Part shown: piece after piece, positions 20,698 through 30,172 of the stretch
How positions within the stretch are numbered: position 1 is the stretch's first letter
How the letters are laid out: every line of letters begins with the position of its first letter
Assembly (NCBI GenBank): GCA_035548715.1
Contig: DASZSL010000045.1
Coordinates: 1 to 64,000, forward strand
DNA length: 64,000 nucleotides
Direction: 5' to 3'
From: Dongiaceae bacterium
GTDB taxonomy: Bacteria > Pseudomonadota > Alphaproteobacteria > Dongiales > Dongiaceae
Notes under the pieces: model-generated
The model's database searches: none
What the model saw: only the letters and a program-made list of their open reading frames with translations
What the model was told of the DNA's origin: nothing
Position numbers and translations under genes: made by a program

Positions 20698-20845
20698 GCG
20701 AGTGAAGGACGCCCGCTCTCGAGAGAGGGCGGGCGTTCGCTCGATCTCACAACGAACTGGATCGTCATCCCGGGACTTGGTCCCGGGACCCACGCCTTTC
20801 TTTCTTCGAGCCCCAAGGCGTGGATCCCGCGGCCTAGCCGCGGGA

Positions 20846-21604
20846 TCACGAGCTGGGTTTGGAAGGATCGTAACTCACCCGCGTCAAATACAACCCGTCC
20901 GGCGGCGCGGTCGGGCCGCCCTTGGTGCGATCCTTCGCCGCCAGCGCGGCGGCGAGATCGTCCTTCGACCACTTGCCCTCGCCGACCAGCCGCAACGTGC
21001 CGACCATGTTGCGCACCTGGTGATGCAGGAACGAGCGCGCCTCGGCGATCACCTGGATCTCCTCGCCGACGCGGTGGACGCTCAACCGGTCGAGGGTCTT
21101 CACCGGCGATTGCGCCTGGCATTCCGAGGCGCGGAAGGTGGAGAAATCGTGGTGGCCGACCAGCACCTGCGCCGCCTCCTGCATGGCGGCCGCGGCGAGC
21201 GGCACCTGCACCAGCCAGGCATGGCCGCGATCGGTGGTGAGCGGCGCGCGACGGTTGACGATGCGGTAGAGATAGGCGCGTCCGGTCGCCGAGAAGCGGG
21301 CGTGAAAGTCCGGCGCGGCGACCTCCGCGGCGAGCACCGCGACCGGCGCCGGCTTCAGGTGGAAGTTGATCGCGTCGCGCAGCTTGTCCGGCGCGATCTC
21401 CTTCTCGATATCGACATGCGCCACCTGCCCCAGCGCATGCACGCCGGCATCGGTGCGGCCGGCGCCCTGGACTTCCGCAGTCTCGCCGGTGATGCGGAAG
21501 ACCGCCTCCTCCAGCGCCTGCTGGATGCTGGGGCCGTTCTCCTGGCGCTGCCAGCCGACGAAGGGGCCGCCGTCATATTCGATCGTGAGCTTGAAGCGGG
21601 TCAC
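20846..21604 (-). CDS. truA: tRNA pseudouridine(38-40) synthase
   Basis: [14 protein letters not shown] catalytic Asp motif. Confidence 0.9.
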   Translation of the reverse strand: MTRFKLTIEYDGGPFVGWQRQENGPSIQQALEEAVFRITGETAEVQGAGRTDAGVHALGQVAHVDIEKEIAPDKLRDAINFHLKPAPVAVLAAEVAAPDFHARFSATGRAYLYRIVNRRAPLTTDRGHAWLVQVPLAAAAMQEAAQVLVGHHDFSTFRASECQAQSPVKTLDRLSVHRVGEEIQVIAEARSFLHHQVRNMVGTLRLVGEGKWSKDDLAAALAAKDRTKGGPTAPPDGLYLTRVSYDPSKPSS

Positions 21605-22521
21605 GCGAGGCGCCCGCCTTTCGGCAGCGCCAGGCCGCGCAGCATCTCCGCCGTCGCCATCGGCTTCTTGCCCGGGCGCTGCACGAGGAGCGGCCGCAAC
21701 GCGGCGTCTCCGGTCGCGACCGCCAACCCGTCATCCAGGATGAGTCCGGGCTCGCCCTTCCCCGCCCCGGCCGCCGCCTGCAGGATCTTCAGCCGCTCGC
21801 CGTTCGGCAGCATGGTCCAGGCGCCGGGCACGGGGCTGAAGGCGCGGACCGCGCGGCAGAGCTCCGCCGCGCTGCGCGTCCAGTCGAGCCGCGCCTCTTC
21901 CGGCGAGATCTTCGCCGCATAGGTGACGCCCTCGCTTGGCTGCGGGCGCGGCTTCAGCCGGTCGAGATCCTCCAGCGCCTCGGTGATGGCCTCGCCGCCC
22001 AGCGCCGCGAGGCGGTCGTGCAACCCGCCCGCGGCCTCGTCGGGGCCGATCGCGATGCGCTTCTCCAGCAGCACCGCGCCGGTATCGAGCCCGGCATCCA
22101 TCTGCATGATGGAGATGCCGGTCTCCGCGTCGCCGGCCAGGATCGCGCGCTGGATCGGCGCCGCGCCGCGCCAGCGCGGCAGCAGCGAGGCATGGATGTT
22201 GAGGCAGCCGCGCCTGGGCGCATCGAGGATCGGCTGCGGCAGGATCAAGCCGTACGCGGCAACCACCGCGACATCGGCAGAGTGCGATGCAAAGGTCGTT
22301 TGCGCTTCCGCCGTCTTCAACGACAGCGGCGCATGCACCGGAATGTCATGCTTCTCCGCCAGCACCTGCACCGGCGATTTGCGGAGATCATGGCCGCGGC
22401 CGGCGGGACGCGGCGGCTGGGAATAGGCGGCGACGATCTGATGCCCCGCCGCGATCAGCGCTTGGAGGGCGACGGCGGCGAAATCGGGCGTGCCCATGAA
22501 GACGAGGCGGAGCGGCGTCAC
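21601..22521 (-). CDS. fmt: methionyl-tRNA formyltransferase
   Basis: [10 protein letters not shown]-terminus, SLLP motif; lies in a def-fmt-truA arrangement. Confidence 0.9.
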   Translation of the reverse strand: MTPLRLVFMGTPDFAAVALQALIAAGHQIVAAYSQPPRPAGRGHDLRKSPVQVLAEKHDIPVHAPLSLKTAEAQTTFASHSADVAVVAAYGLILPQPILDAPRRGCLNIHASLLPRWRGAAPIQRAILAGDAETGISIMQMDAGLDTGAVLLEKRIAIGPDEAAGGLHDRLAALGGEAITEALEDLDRLKPRPQPSEGVTYAAKISPEEARLDWTRSAAELCRAVRAFSPVPGAWTMLPNGERLKILQAAAGAGKGEPGLILDDGLAVATGDAALRPLLVQRPGKKPMATAEMLRGLALPKGGRLA

Positions 22522-22552
22522 CGAGACTCACCGGACGTTCGAGGCCGGCGCA

Positions 22553-23077
22553 CTACGCCGAGACCGCCTGGCCGCTCTTCTTCGCCTTCAAGAGCTTGCG
22601 CAGGATCATGTTGCGCTTCAGCGCCGTCAGGTGATCGACGAACAGGATGCCGTCCAGGTGGTCGATCTCGTGCTGCACGCAGGTCGCGAGCAGGCCCTCG
22701 GCTTCCAGCAGGCGGATCTCGTTCTGCTCGTCGAGATAGCGCACCTTGCACTTGGCCGGGCGCGCGACGTCCGCGTAGTGCTCGGGCAGGCTGAGGCAGC
22801 CCTCGTTGTAGACGGCGTCCTCCTCGGAGACCCAGACGATCTCCGGATTGGCCATCTTCAAGGGCTGCGGCTCCTCGTCCTCGCGGGCGAGGTCGAGCAC
22901 GATCACCCGCTTCAGCACGCCGACCTGGGGTGCCGCGAGGCCGATGCCGGGCGCCGCATACATGGTCTCCAGCATGTCGGCCATCAGCTTGCGGACCTCC
23001 GCATCGACCTTCTCGACCGGCTTCGAGATCTGCTTCAGCCGGGGATCCGGGGCGGTGATGATCGGCAGAAGGGCCAT
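22553..23077 (-). CDS. def: peptide deformylase
   Basis: GIGLAAPQ, EGCLS, HEIDH motifs. Confidence 0.95.
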   Translation of the reverse strand: MALLPIITAPDPRLKQISKPVEKVDAEVRKLMADMLETMYAAPGIGLAAPQVGVLKRVIVLDLAREDEEPQPLKMANPEIVWVSEEDAVYNEGCLSLPEHYADVARPAKCKVRYLDEQNEIRLLEAEGLLATCVQHEIDHLDGILFVDHLTALKRNMILRKLLKAKKSGQAVSA

Positions 23078-23176
23078 GGACGGGTACGTTCTCCTTTTGG
23101 TCTTTACTTATGGACTCTGCCGACTATCGTCAACCGGCTGGCATGTAGCCGAGCCCGAGTCGGGAGGCAATCCACC

Positions 23177-24247
23177 ATGAGCCAATTACCCCTTGTTTTC
23201 TCAGGCTTAGCCGTCCTCGGCGTGCTGCTGCTGGTGGTCCTGCACTGGCGGCACCGGCCACAGCCCGCTCTGCCCGACCCCCGAGTAGATACATTGGCCG
23301 GCCAGCTCCAGCAATTGGCCGCCCAGCAATCGGGCGCCCAGGCCGCGATCGACCGGCGCCTGACCGAGCTCGGCGACCGCGTGGCCGACCGGCTGCAGCA
23401 ATCGGCGGCCCAGGCCGGGCAGTCGCTCTCCGAGCTCAAGGAGCGCCTGGCGGTGATCGACGCCGCGCAGAAGAACATCACCGAGCTCTCGACCCAGGTG
23501 GTCGGCCTGCAGGACATCCTCTCCAACAAGCAGACCCGCGGCGCCTTCGGCGAGACCCAGCTCGCCGACATCGTGAAGACCGTGCTGGCGCCGGCCAATT
23601 ACGAGTTCCAGGCGACGGTCGGCGGCAACCGCCGGGTCGATTGCCTGCTGAAGCTGCCCAACCCGCCGGGCTCGATCGGCATCGACGCCAAGTTCCCGCT
23701 GGAAGCCTACCGCGCCCTGCGCGACGCCAAGGACGAGATCGCCATGGCGCAGGCCAAGCGCGAGTTCCAGACGGCGATCCGCGGCCATGTGAAGGCGATC
23801 GCCGAGAAGTACATCGTGCCGGGCGAGACCGCGGAATCGGCGCTGCTGTTCCTGCCTTCGGAAGCGGTCTATGCCGAGCTGCACGCGACCTTCCCGCACC
23901 TGGTCGAGGAGGCGGGCAAGTCGCGGGTCTGGATCGTCTCGCCGACGACGTTGATGGCGACGCTCACCACCATCCGCTCGGTGCTGCGCGACGTGAACGT
24001 GCGCGAGCAGGCGCATATCATCCAGAAGAAGGTCTCCGAGCTGCGCCTGGACGTGGGGCGGCTCGATGACCGGGTGGACAAGCTGCAGCGACACTTCAAG
24101 CAGGCCAATGACGACATCGACCAGATCCGCATCTCGACCGACAAGGTGCTGCGCCGCGCCGGCGAGATCGAATCGGTGGAGCTCGAGGAACGCGGCGGCA
24201 GGGGCGCCGTGGTGGAAACCTTAACGCCTCGAATCGGCCAAGCCTGA
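23177..24247 (+). CDS. rmuC: DNA recombination protein RmuC
   Basis: N-terminal TM, coiled-coil, and RmuC C-terminal region (VDCLLKLP..GSIGIDAKFPLEAY). Confidence 0.85.
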   Translation: MSQLPLVFSGLAVLGVLLLVVLHWRHRPQPALPDPRVDTLAGQLQQLAAQQSGAQAAIDRRLTELGDRVADRLQQSAAQAGQSLSELKERLAVIDAAQKNITELSTQVVGLQDILSNKQTRGAFGETQLADIVKTVLAPANYEFQATVGGNRRVDCLLKLPNPPGSIGIDAKFPLEAYRALRDAKDEIAMAQAKREFQTAIRGHVKAIAEKYIVPGETAESALLFLPSEAVYAELHATFPHLVEEAGKSRVWIVSPTTLMATLTTIRSVLRDVNVREQAHIIQKKVSELRLDVGRLDDRVDKLQRHFKQANDDIDQIRISTDKVLRRAGEIESVELEERGGRGAVVETLTPRIGQA

Positions 24248-24350
24248 CAGGCGCTTAGCGCGCCTCGCTTGAACCGGTTCGGCATGCGATTACATTACCT
24301 GCGGGTATGGGTCGCATGAGAACGGCCGGTTCAACGTCGGGGAATCAGAA

Positions 24351-25283
24351 ATGAGCATGCTTGCCGTATTCGCCATCGTCATCGTGGTGGTGGCGGTGCT
24401 GATCGCGTTCATGGGCATCAAGTCGGTGCCGCAGGGCCGCGAATGGACGGTGGAGCGGTTCGGCCGCTACACCCACACGCTGCGCCCGGGCCTCAGCCTG
24501 ATCATGCCCTTCGTCGATCGCATCGGCGCCAAGGTCAACATGATGGAGCAGGTGCTCGACGTCCCGACCCAGGAGGTCATCACCAAGGACAACGCCATGG
24601 TGAGCGTGGACGGCGTCGTCTTCTACCAGGTGCTCGACGCCGCGAAGTCGGCCTATGAGGTGAACAACCTCGAAGTGGCGATCCTCAACCTGACCATGAC
24701 CAACATCCGCACCGTCATGGGCTCGATGGACCTCGACGAGCTGCTCTCGCAGCGCGACAAGATCAACCACCAGCTCCTGCACGTGGTCGATGACGCGACA
24801 TCGCCCTGGGGCATCAAGGTGACCCGCATCGAGATCAAGGACATCGCGCCGCCCAAGGAGCTGGTGGACAGCATGGCGCGGCAGATGAAGGCCGAGCGCG
24901 AGAAGCGCGCCAACATCCTGGAAGCCGAGGGACTGCGCCAGGCCGCGATCCTGAAGGCCGAGGGCGAGAAGCAGTCGGCGATCCTGCAGGCCGAGGGCCA
25001 GCGCGAGGCGGCGTTCCGCGCCGCCGAGGCCCGCGAGCGCGCGGCCGAGGCCGAGGCCAAGGCGACCGCGGTCGTCTCCGACGCCATCGCCAAGGGCAAC
25101 GTGCAGGCGATCAACTACTTCCTCGGCGTCAAATACGTCGAGGCGCTGCAGAACCTCTCCAGCGCGCCCAACCAGAAGGTCATCCTGATGCCGCTGGAGG
25201 CCGCCAACGTGATCGGCGCGATCGGCGGAATCGCCGAGCTCGCCAAGTCCGCGCTGGCGCAACAGGGCGGCCGGCAGGGCTGA
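24351..25283 (+). CDS. SPFH/band-7 (stomatin-like, QmcA/YbbK-type) protein
   Basis: N-terminal TM plus stomatin domain plus EA-rich coil. Confidence 0.85.
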   Translation: MSMLAVFAIVIVVVAVLIAFMGIKSVPQGREWTVERFGRYTHTLRPGLSLIMPFVDRIGAKVNMMEQVLDVPTQEVITKDNAMVSVDGVVFYQVLDAAKSAYEVNNLEVAILNLTMTNIRTVMGSMDLDELLSQRDKINHQLLHVVDDATSPWGIKVTRIEIKDIAPPKELVDSMARQMKAEREKRANILEAEGLRQAAILKAEGEKQSAILQAEGQREAAFRAAEARERAAEAEAKATAVVSDAIAKGNVQAINYFLGVKYVEALQNLSSAPNQKVILMPLEAANVIGAIGGIAELAKSALAQQGGRQG

Positions 25284-25314
25284 TCCGGAGATAGCCCGAG
25301 GATTAGGTGGCACC

Positions 25315-25761
25315 ATGTCCCAGTTCTTCGACCATCTGGAGTTTTGGCACTGGCTGATCCTGGCCCTCGTGCTCGCCGGGATCGAGATGCTGACCCCGGG
25401 CTTCTTCGCCATCTGGCTGGGCGGCGCGGCGCTGATCACCGGCCTCGTCGTGCTGGTCATCTCCTCCATGAGCTGGGAGAGCCAGCTCGTCCTGTTCGCG
25501 ATCCTGGCGGCGGTCTCGGTGCTGGCCTGGTACAAGATCGGCCGGCGCGTGCTGATCGCCACCGACGACGCGACGCTCAACCGCCGCGGCGACGCGCTGG
25601 TGGGGCGGACGGGCGATCTGGTCGAGCCGATCGTCAACGGCCGCGGCCGGGTGAAGATCGACGATTCCGTCTGGCGCGCCGAAGGCAACGACGCCCCGGT
25701 CGGCACCCGCATGATCGTCACCGGCGTGCAGGGCGCGATCCTGAAGGTGGACCGGGCGTAG
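25315..25761 (+). CDS. NfeD family protein (YbbJ-like) partner of the stomatin
   Basis: Two TM helices plus C-terminal OB-fold-like segment; the conserved qmcA-ybbJ gene pair. Confidence 0.8.
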   Translation: MSQFFDHLEFWHWLILALVLAGIEMLTPGFFAIWLGGAALITGLVVLVISSMSWESQLVLFAILAAVSVLAWYKIGRRVLIATDDATLNRRGDALVGRTGDLVEPIVNGRGRVKIDDSVWRAEGNDAPVGTRMIVTGVQGAILKVDRA

Positions 25762-25861
25762 CGCGTACCCTGCTTCCGTCACCGCCCCAAGATGAGGCGG
25801 GTCGATTGCAGCCGTCACGTCTCCTTGTGCACGCGATCACGATCCAGCGCGCGGCCCGCAC

Positions 25862-28800
25862 TCAGTAATTCCATTCCCAATTGATGCCGGCCTTGCTGCT
25901 GGCGTCGGCGCCGACGTCGGTCTCGAGCTTCAGGTTGGGCGTCAGCTCGATCTCGACCGTGGCGGCGCTGCTCTTCACGTCGGTGCCCTGCTTGGCGCCG
26001 ATGAAGACGTTGCGCGTGACGTAGCGGCCGGCGCTGAGGCTGGGGCCGGACGTGCCCTCGCCGGACTGCACGTCCAGCCGGTCGAGGCCCAGCGCCTTGC
26101 GGAACTTGTCGAGCGTCCCGGCGCCGCCGCCGACGCCGGCGATCTCCGCCGCGGCCTGGGCGAGCTGCACCGCCTCGAACGGCGACAAGGCGCCGCTCGC
26201 CTTGCCGAACAGGAGCTGCGCCAGCAGCTCGTCCTGCGGCAGTGCCGGCGAGGAGGTAAGGGTGATGCTCGGCTTGGCCGCGGTGCCGCCGACCGTCACC
26301 GTCACGTCGGCCGCCGGCAGCTTGGTGGTGGCGGTGAAGTCGAGCAGCGGGTTGATCTGCCGGCCGCCGCTGAACGAGACCTTGCCCTGCTGGAACTGCA
26401 GCCGCCGGCTCAGCAGGTTGAAGTCGCCCCGGCGCAGGTTGAGGTCGCCGAGGATCTCCGGCTGGTCGGCGGTGCCGCCGATCTTCAGCTTGCCGCCGAG
26501 CTCCGCATCGAGGCCGCGGCCGCGCACGAAGACCTGCTCGGGCGCATCGACCGTGAGGTCGAGGCCGATCCGCAGCGATTTCGGCGGCGGCTTGCCCTCG
26601 GCCGCGATCTCCGCCGCCCGGGCCGGCGAGGCGTTGACCTCCACCACCGGGATCTCCTCGACATCCGCCGGCAGGCTGTCCGGGATGCGGATCTCGGCGC
26701 GCACGATCTTCACCGTGCCGGTCAGGTCGACGCGGTCGCCGAGCGCGCCCTTCAGGGCGAGGTTGCCGTCGGTGACCGCGGTGCCGATCGGCGCGTTGAT
26801 CATGCGCGCGCGGGACATGGTGACGGTGATGTTGACCGCCTGCGCACCGCCGAAATCCACGTCGCCGCCGCCGCCGAGCTTGCCGCCGCCCGGCGTGGTC
26901 GCCGAGAGCGACACGATCCTGAGCCGGCTGCCTTCGCCGGCGAGCTCGAGGCTGATGTCGCGCAGCCGCGTGCCGTAGCGCTGGTTCTGATAGGCGCCGT
27001 CGGCGATCCGCCCCGAGCCGGAGAGGACCGGCGCCGAGAGCGGCCCCTTGGCGGCGAGGTCGAGCGTCGCCATGCCGGCGACGTGGTCGGCGCCGCCGGG
27101 GATGAAGGCGTTGGCGAGGCCGAGATCGAGCTTGCCCTGGGCGCGGGCGTCGAGCGATGCGCCGGGGTCGATCGACGGGAAGCCGGTCGTGGGATCGGCG
27201 GCGACCGGGAGACTGGCGCTGAAATCGAGCGCGCTCGACTTCGCCAGCGAGAGACGGCCCTTGGATTGCAGCGCGCCGCCGCGCCAGGTGCCCTGCAAGG
27301 CGAGATCGGCGAGCTGCTCCGAGGCGCCCTGCACGCCGAGGCCGCTGCCTTCGAGCGTCAGCGTCGCATCGGGCGCCTGTTTCGTGCCGGCGAGATCGAG
27401 CGCGCCGTCGATCGTGCCGAGGAGATGGAGATCGGCGCCGGCGGCGTCGAACAGGGAGAGCGGGAGCTTGTCGAGCCGGAGCTGCGCCGAGTTGCCGGCC
27501 TCGGTGAGCGCCGCGTCGAGCCGCAGCGTGCCGCCGCGCGCGCCGACCGCGAGATTGGCGACGCGGGTCTCGCCGCCGCGGAGCGTGATCTGCGCCGGGT
27601 TCAGCAGCTTCGCCTGCACCTGGTGGAGGGCGAGATCGAGCTTCGCCAGCGTGATCGCGGTCTCGCCGCCTTGGGCGCGGATCGTGGCCGCGGTCGCCGC
27701 CGTGCCGTCCGGGCCGGACGCCTCGGCGCTCACCTCGAGCGCGCCGAGGGCGCCGGAGGCTTTCGCGTTCAGGCGATCGACCGTGCGGCCCGCGACCTTG
27801 ATCCCGGTCGCGGCGAGGGTCGCCGCCAGGCCCGGATCGTCGTGCAGGAGATCGGTGCCCGATGCCTCGACCGTCGCGCTGCCGACGGTCACGCCGGGTG
27901 CCGCCAGGGACTTGAGCTCGGCCTTCACGCCCGCCGATTGCCTGCCCTGCGCATTCTGCAGCGCGATCTCGCCTTCGGCGCTGCCGCGGAGGTCCTGCCC
28001 GACCAGCTTGCCGATCTCGCCGAGATCGGCGCTGGCAAAGGTCAGCGCGCCATCGGCACCCGAGCCGAGCCAGGCCGCGCGGCCGGCGACCGTGGTGCCG
28101 CCGAGCCGGAGCCTGATTCCGTCGAGCGCGACGCCGCCCTTCGCATCGACGGCGGCATCGAGCGCCGCGGAGAACGGCAGGTCGTCGAGCGCGGCCGAGA
28201 GTCCGACCTTGGCATGCGGCTCGCCGGTGAGGCCGGTCGCCGCCACGGTCGCCTTCAGGCGGGACAGGGCGTAGCGGTCGTAGCGCAGCGCGCCGCTGGA
28301 GAGCGCGACATCGGCGCGCGGGTCGGCGAGCGGCCCGACGACATGCGCGGTCGCCGCGACGCCGCCCTTCGCCCCGGCCAGCAGGCGCGACACATCCTTG
28401 AGCGCGGCGTCGATCTCGAGATCGAGCTCGTTCCCGGCGCTCATCGTGCCGGACGCGCCGACCTGCACGGCGGCGGAGTCCACCCGGGCGGTCTCGACGG
28501 CGACGGCGCCCTCGGCGTCGCGCCGGGCCGTGAGCTTCACCCTGGTCTCGGGCCCCAGCAGGCGATCGACCGTCGGGATGCCCAGGGACGCCTTGGACAA
28601 GGTGGCGTCGAGATCGGCGGCGAGCGCCTCGCCCTGCTTGTCCAGCTTGACCGCGGCCGCGAGCGCGCCGCCGCCTTTCAGCCCGGCCAGCGCCAGCGCC
28701 GAGGCGAGATCCGTGCTGTTCGCCGCGCCTTCGAGATGCGCGGTGGCGTCGCCCCATTGCGTCGCCGCGCCCTGAAGGGCGATGTGGGTCGGGCCGGTAT

Positions 28801-30172
28801 CGAGGCCAAAGTGATCCGCGGTGATCGCCCCGCTGCGGTCCAGCGCGCCGGCAAAATCCGCGCGGATGCCGTCGGCCAGCAGCGGCTGCAGCGCCGGGTC
28901 GGCCGGCACGATCGCCGCGGCGTTGACGCTCGCCGTCACGCCGTCGGCGCGCATGGTATCGGTGTGCAAGGTGGCCGCCGCGCTCACCGAGGTCTTGCCG
29001 ATGGTGTTTGCGCCATAGGCGAGGCCGCCGACGGTGGCGTCGAGCGCCAGGGTCGGCGTCGCGAGCGTGCCGCCGATCCGCGCGTCGGCATCGATCGCCT
29101 GCCAGCCGAGCGCCGGCGGCAGCAGGGTCCGGAACACGCCGGCATCCGCGAGCTGTGCCCGGACGCGCAGATCCAGCGGGCCGGCGGGATCGATCGCGCC
29201 CGAAGCCGATATGCTGCCGGCAGCCGTGCTGGCGTCGAGCGCCTCGATGCGGATCGGGCCATTGCCGGAGAGATGCACCGTGCCGCGCGCCGTGATGCCG
29301 CCCTGCACCAGCGGGCCGATCTCGCCCGGCAGCATCGGCAGGCTGGGCAAGGCGAGATCGAAGGCGATCCTGCGATCGGCCGCGGCGCCGGTGCTGGACG
29401 CGGTGAGATCCAGGATCGGCCGGCCGTCGGCGAGCGCCGTGCCCCGGGCCTGCCAGCGGTCGAGCGGGCCGTCGCCGGCGATGGTCGCGGTGAAGCTGGG
29501 ACTGCCGGGGAGGCCGATCATCTTGGTGACGATGCCGCCTTGCGGCTCGGCCGCCGTGACCTCGAGCTTCAGCGAATCGCTCTCCGGCCGATAGTCGAGG
29601 TCGAGATGCGCCTGGTCGTTGTCCCGGTCGGTGCGCTTGAGATCGAGGGCCGCCTGCAAGCCTTGCGCCGGATCGCCGAGCCTGGCCTGCGCGCCGAGGG
29701 TGAAGACCGCGGGCTCGCCGAGGAAGTCAGGCCCGAGCTCCAGCCGGCCCACCTGCAGGCGGCGGAGGTCGATGTCGACCGGCAGCCTGGGAAATTCCAG
29801 CGGCGCGCTTTCGCCTTGCGACGGCGGGCTGACCGGCGCGCGATGCACGACGAGACGGTCGATATCGAGCGCGTCGATGCGCAGCGTCTTCCCCAGCAGC
29901 GCCATCGGCGACCAGTCCAGCGCCGCGCGGTCCGCCTCCAGCCATACGCCCTGCCGGTCGGAGAGGCGCAGCCCGACCAGCCGCATGTCGAACGGCACCA
30001 GGCCCTCCAGCGCCGACGCCTGCAGCCGCGCCGGCGGGTCGGCGACCTCGCTCTCCAGCAGGGCCAGGATCTGGCGCTTGCCGAAGCCGGTCTGGGCGAT
30101 GCCGAAGACGGCGAGCAGCAGCACGAGCAGCGCCGCGACGATCCCGAGCAGGATGAATCCCGCGCGCCGCAT
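25862..30172 (-). CDS. tamB: translocation and assembly module subunit TamB (AsmA-like, DUF490 C-terminus)
   Basis: 1436-aa protein with N-terminal signal anchor and long beta-rich repeats; start overlaps the tamA stop. Confidence 0.85.
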   Translation of the reverse strand: MRRAGFILLGIVAALLVLLLAVFGIAQTGFGKRQILALLESEVADPPARLQASALEGLVPFDMRLVGLRLSDRQGVWLEADRAALDWSPMALLGKTLRIDALDIDRLVVHRAPVSPPSQGESAPLEFPRLPVDIDLRRLQVGRLELGPDFLGEPAVFTLGAQARLGDPAQGLQAALDLKRTDRDNDQAHLDLDYRPESDSLKLEVTAAEPQGGIVTKMIGLPGSPSFTATIAGDGPLDRWQARGTALADGRPILDLTASSTGAAADRRIAFDLALPSLPMLPGEIGPLVQGGITARGTVHLSGNGPIRIEALDASTAAGSISASGAIDPAGPLDLRVRAQLADAGVFRTLLPPALGWQAIDADARIGGTLATPTLALDATVGGLAYGANTIGKTSVSAAATLHTDTMRADGVTASVNAAAIVPADPALQPLLADGIRADFAGALDRSGAITADHFGLDTGPTHIALQGAATQWGDATAHLEGAANSTDLASALALAGLKGGGALAAAVKLDKQGEALAADLDATLSKASLGIPTVDRLLGPETRVKLTARRDAEGAVAVETARVDSAAVQVGASGTMSAGNELDLEIDAALKDVSRLLAGAKGGVAATAHVVGPLADPRADVALSSGALRYDRYALSRLKATVAATGLTGEPHAKVGLSAALDDLPFSAALDAAVDAKGGVALDGIRLRLGGTTVAGRAAWLGSGADGALTFASADLGEIGKLVGQDLRGSAEGEIALQNAQGRQSAGVKAELKSLAAPGVTVGSATVEASGTDLLHDDPGLAATLAATGIKVAGRTVDRLNAKASGALGALEVSAEASGPDGTAATAATIRAQGGETAITLAKLDLALHQVQAKLLNPAQITLRGGETRVANLAVGARGGTLRLDAALTEAGNSAQLRLDKLPLSLFDAAGADLHLLGTIDGALDLAGTKQAPDATLTLEGSGLGVQGASEQLADLALQGTWRGGALQSKGRLSLAKSSALDFSASLPVAADPTTGFPSIDPGASLDARAQGKLDLGLANAFIPGGADHVAGMATLDLAAKGPLSAPVLSGSGRIADGAYQNQRYGTRLRDISLELAGEGSRLRIVSLSATTPGGGKLGGGGDVDFGGAQAVNITVTMSRARMINAPIGTAVTDGNLALKGALGDRVDLTGTVKIVRAEIRIPDSLPADVEEIPVVEVNASPARAAEIAAEGKPPPKSLRIGLDLTVDAPEQVFVRGRGLDAELGGKLKIGGTADQPEILGDLNLRRGDFNLLSRRLQFQQGKVSFSGGRQINPLLDFTATTKLPAADVTVTVGGTAAKPSITLTSSPALPQDELLAQLLFGKASGALSPFEAVQLAQAAAEIAGVGGGAGTLDKFRKALGLDRLDVQSGEGTSGPSLSAGRYVTRNVFIGAKQGTDVKSSAATVEIELTPNLKLETDVGADASSKAGINWEWNY

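Noticed and set aside
18622-20793. 723-aa minus-strand ORF
   Set aside because: It is antisense to the flotillin gene.
25815-28757. 980-aa minus-strand ORF, and the 1038-aa plus-strand ORF at 27083-30199
   Set aside because: These are alternative frames or the antisense strand of tamB. The tamB frame has a signal anchor and continuous beta-rich repeats, while these are Arg/Gly-rich.
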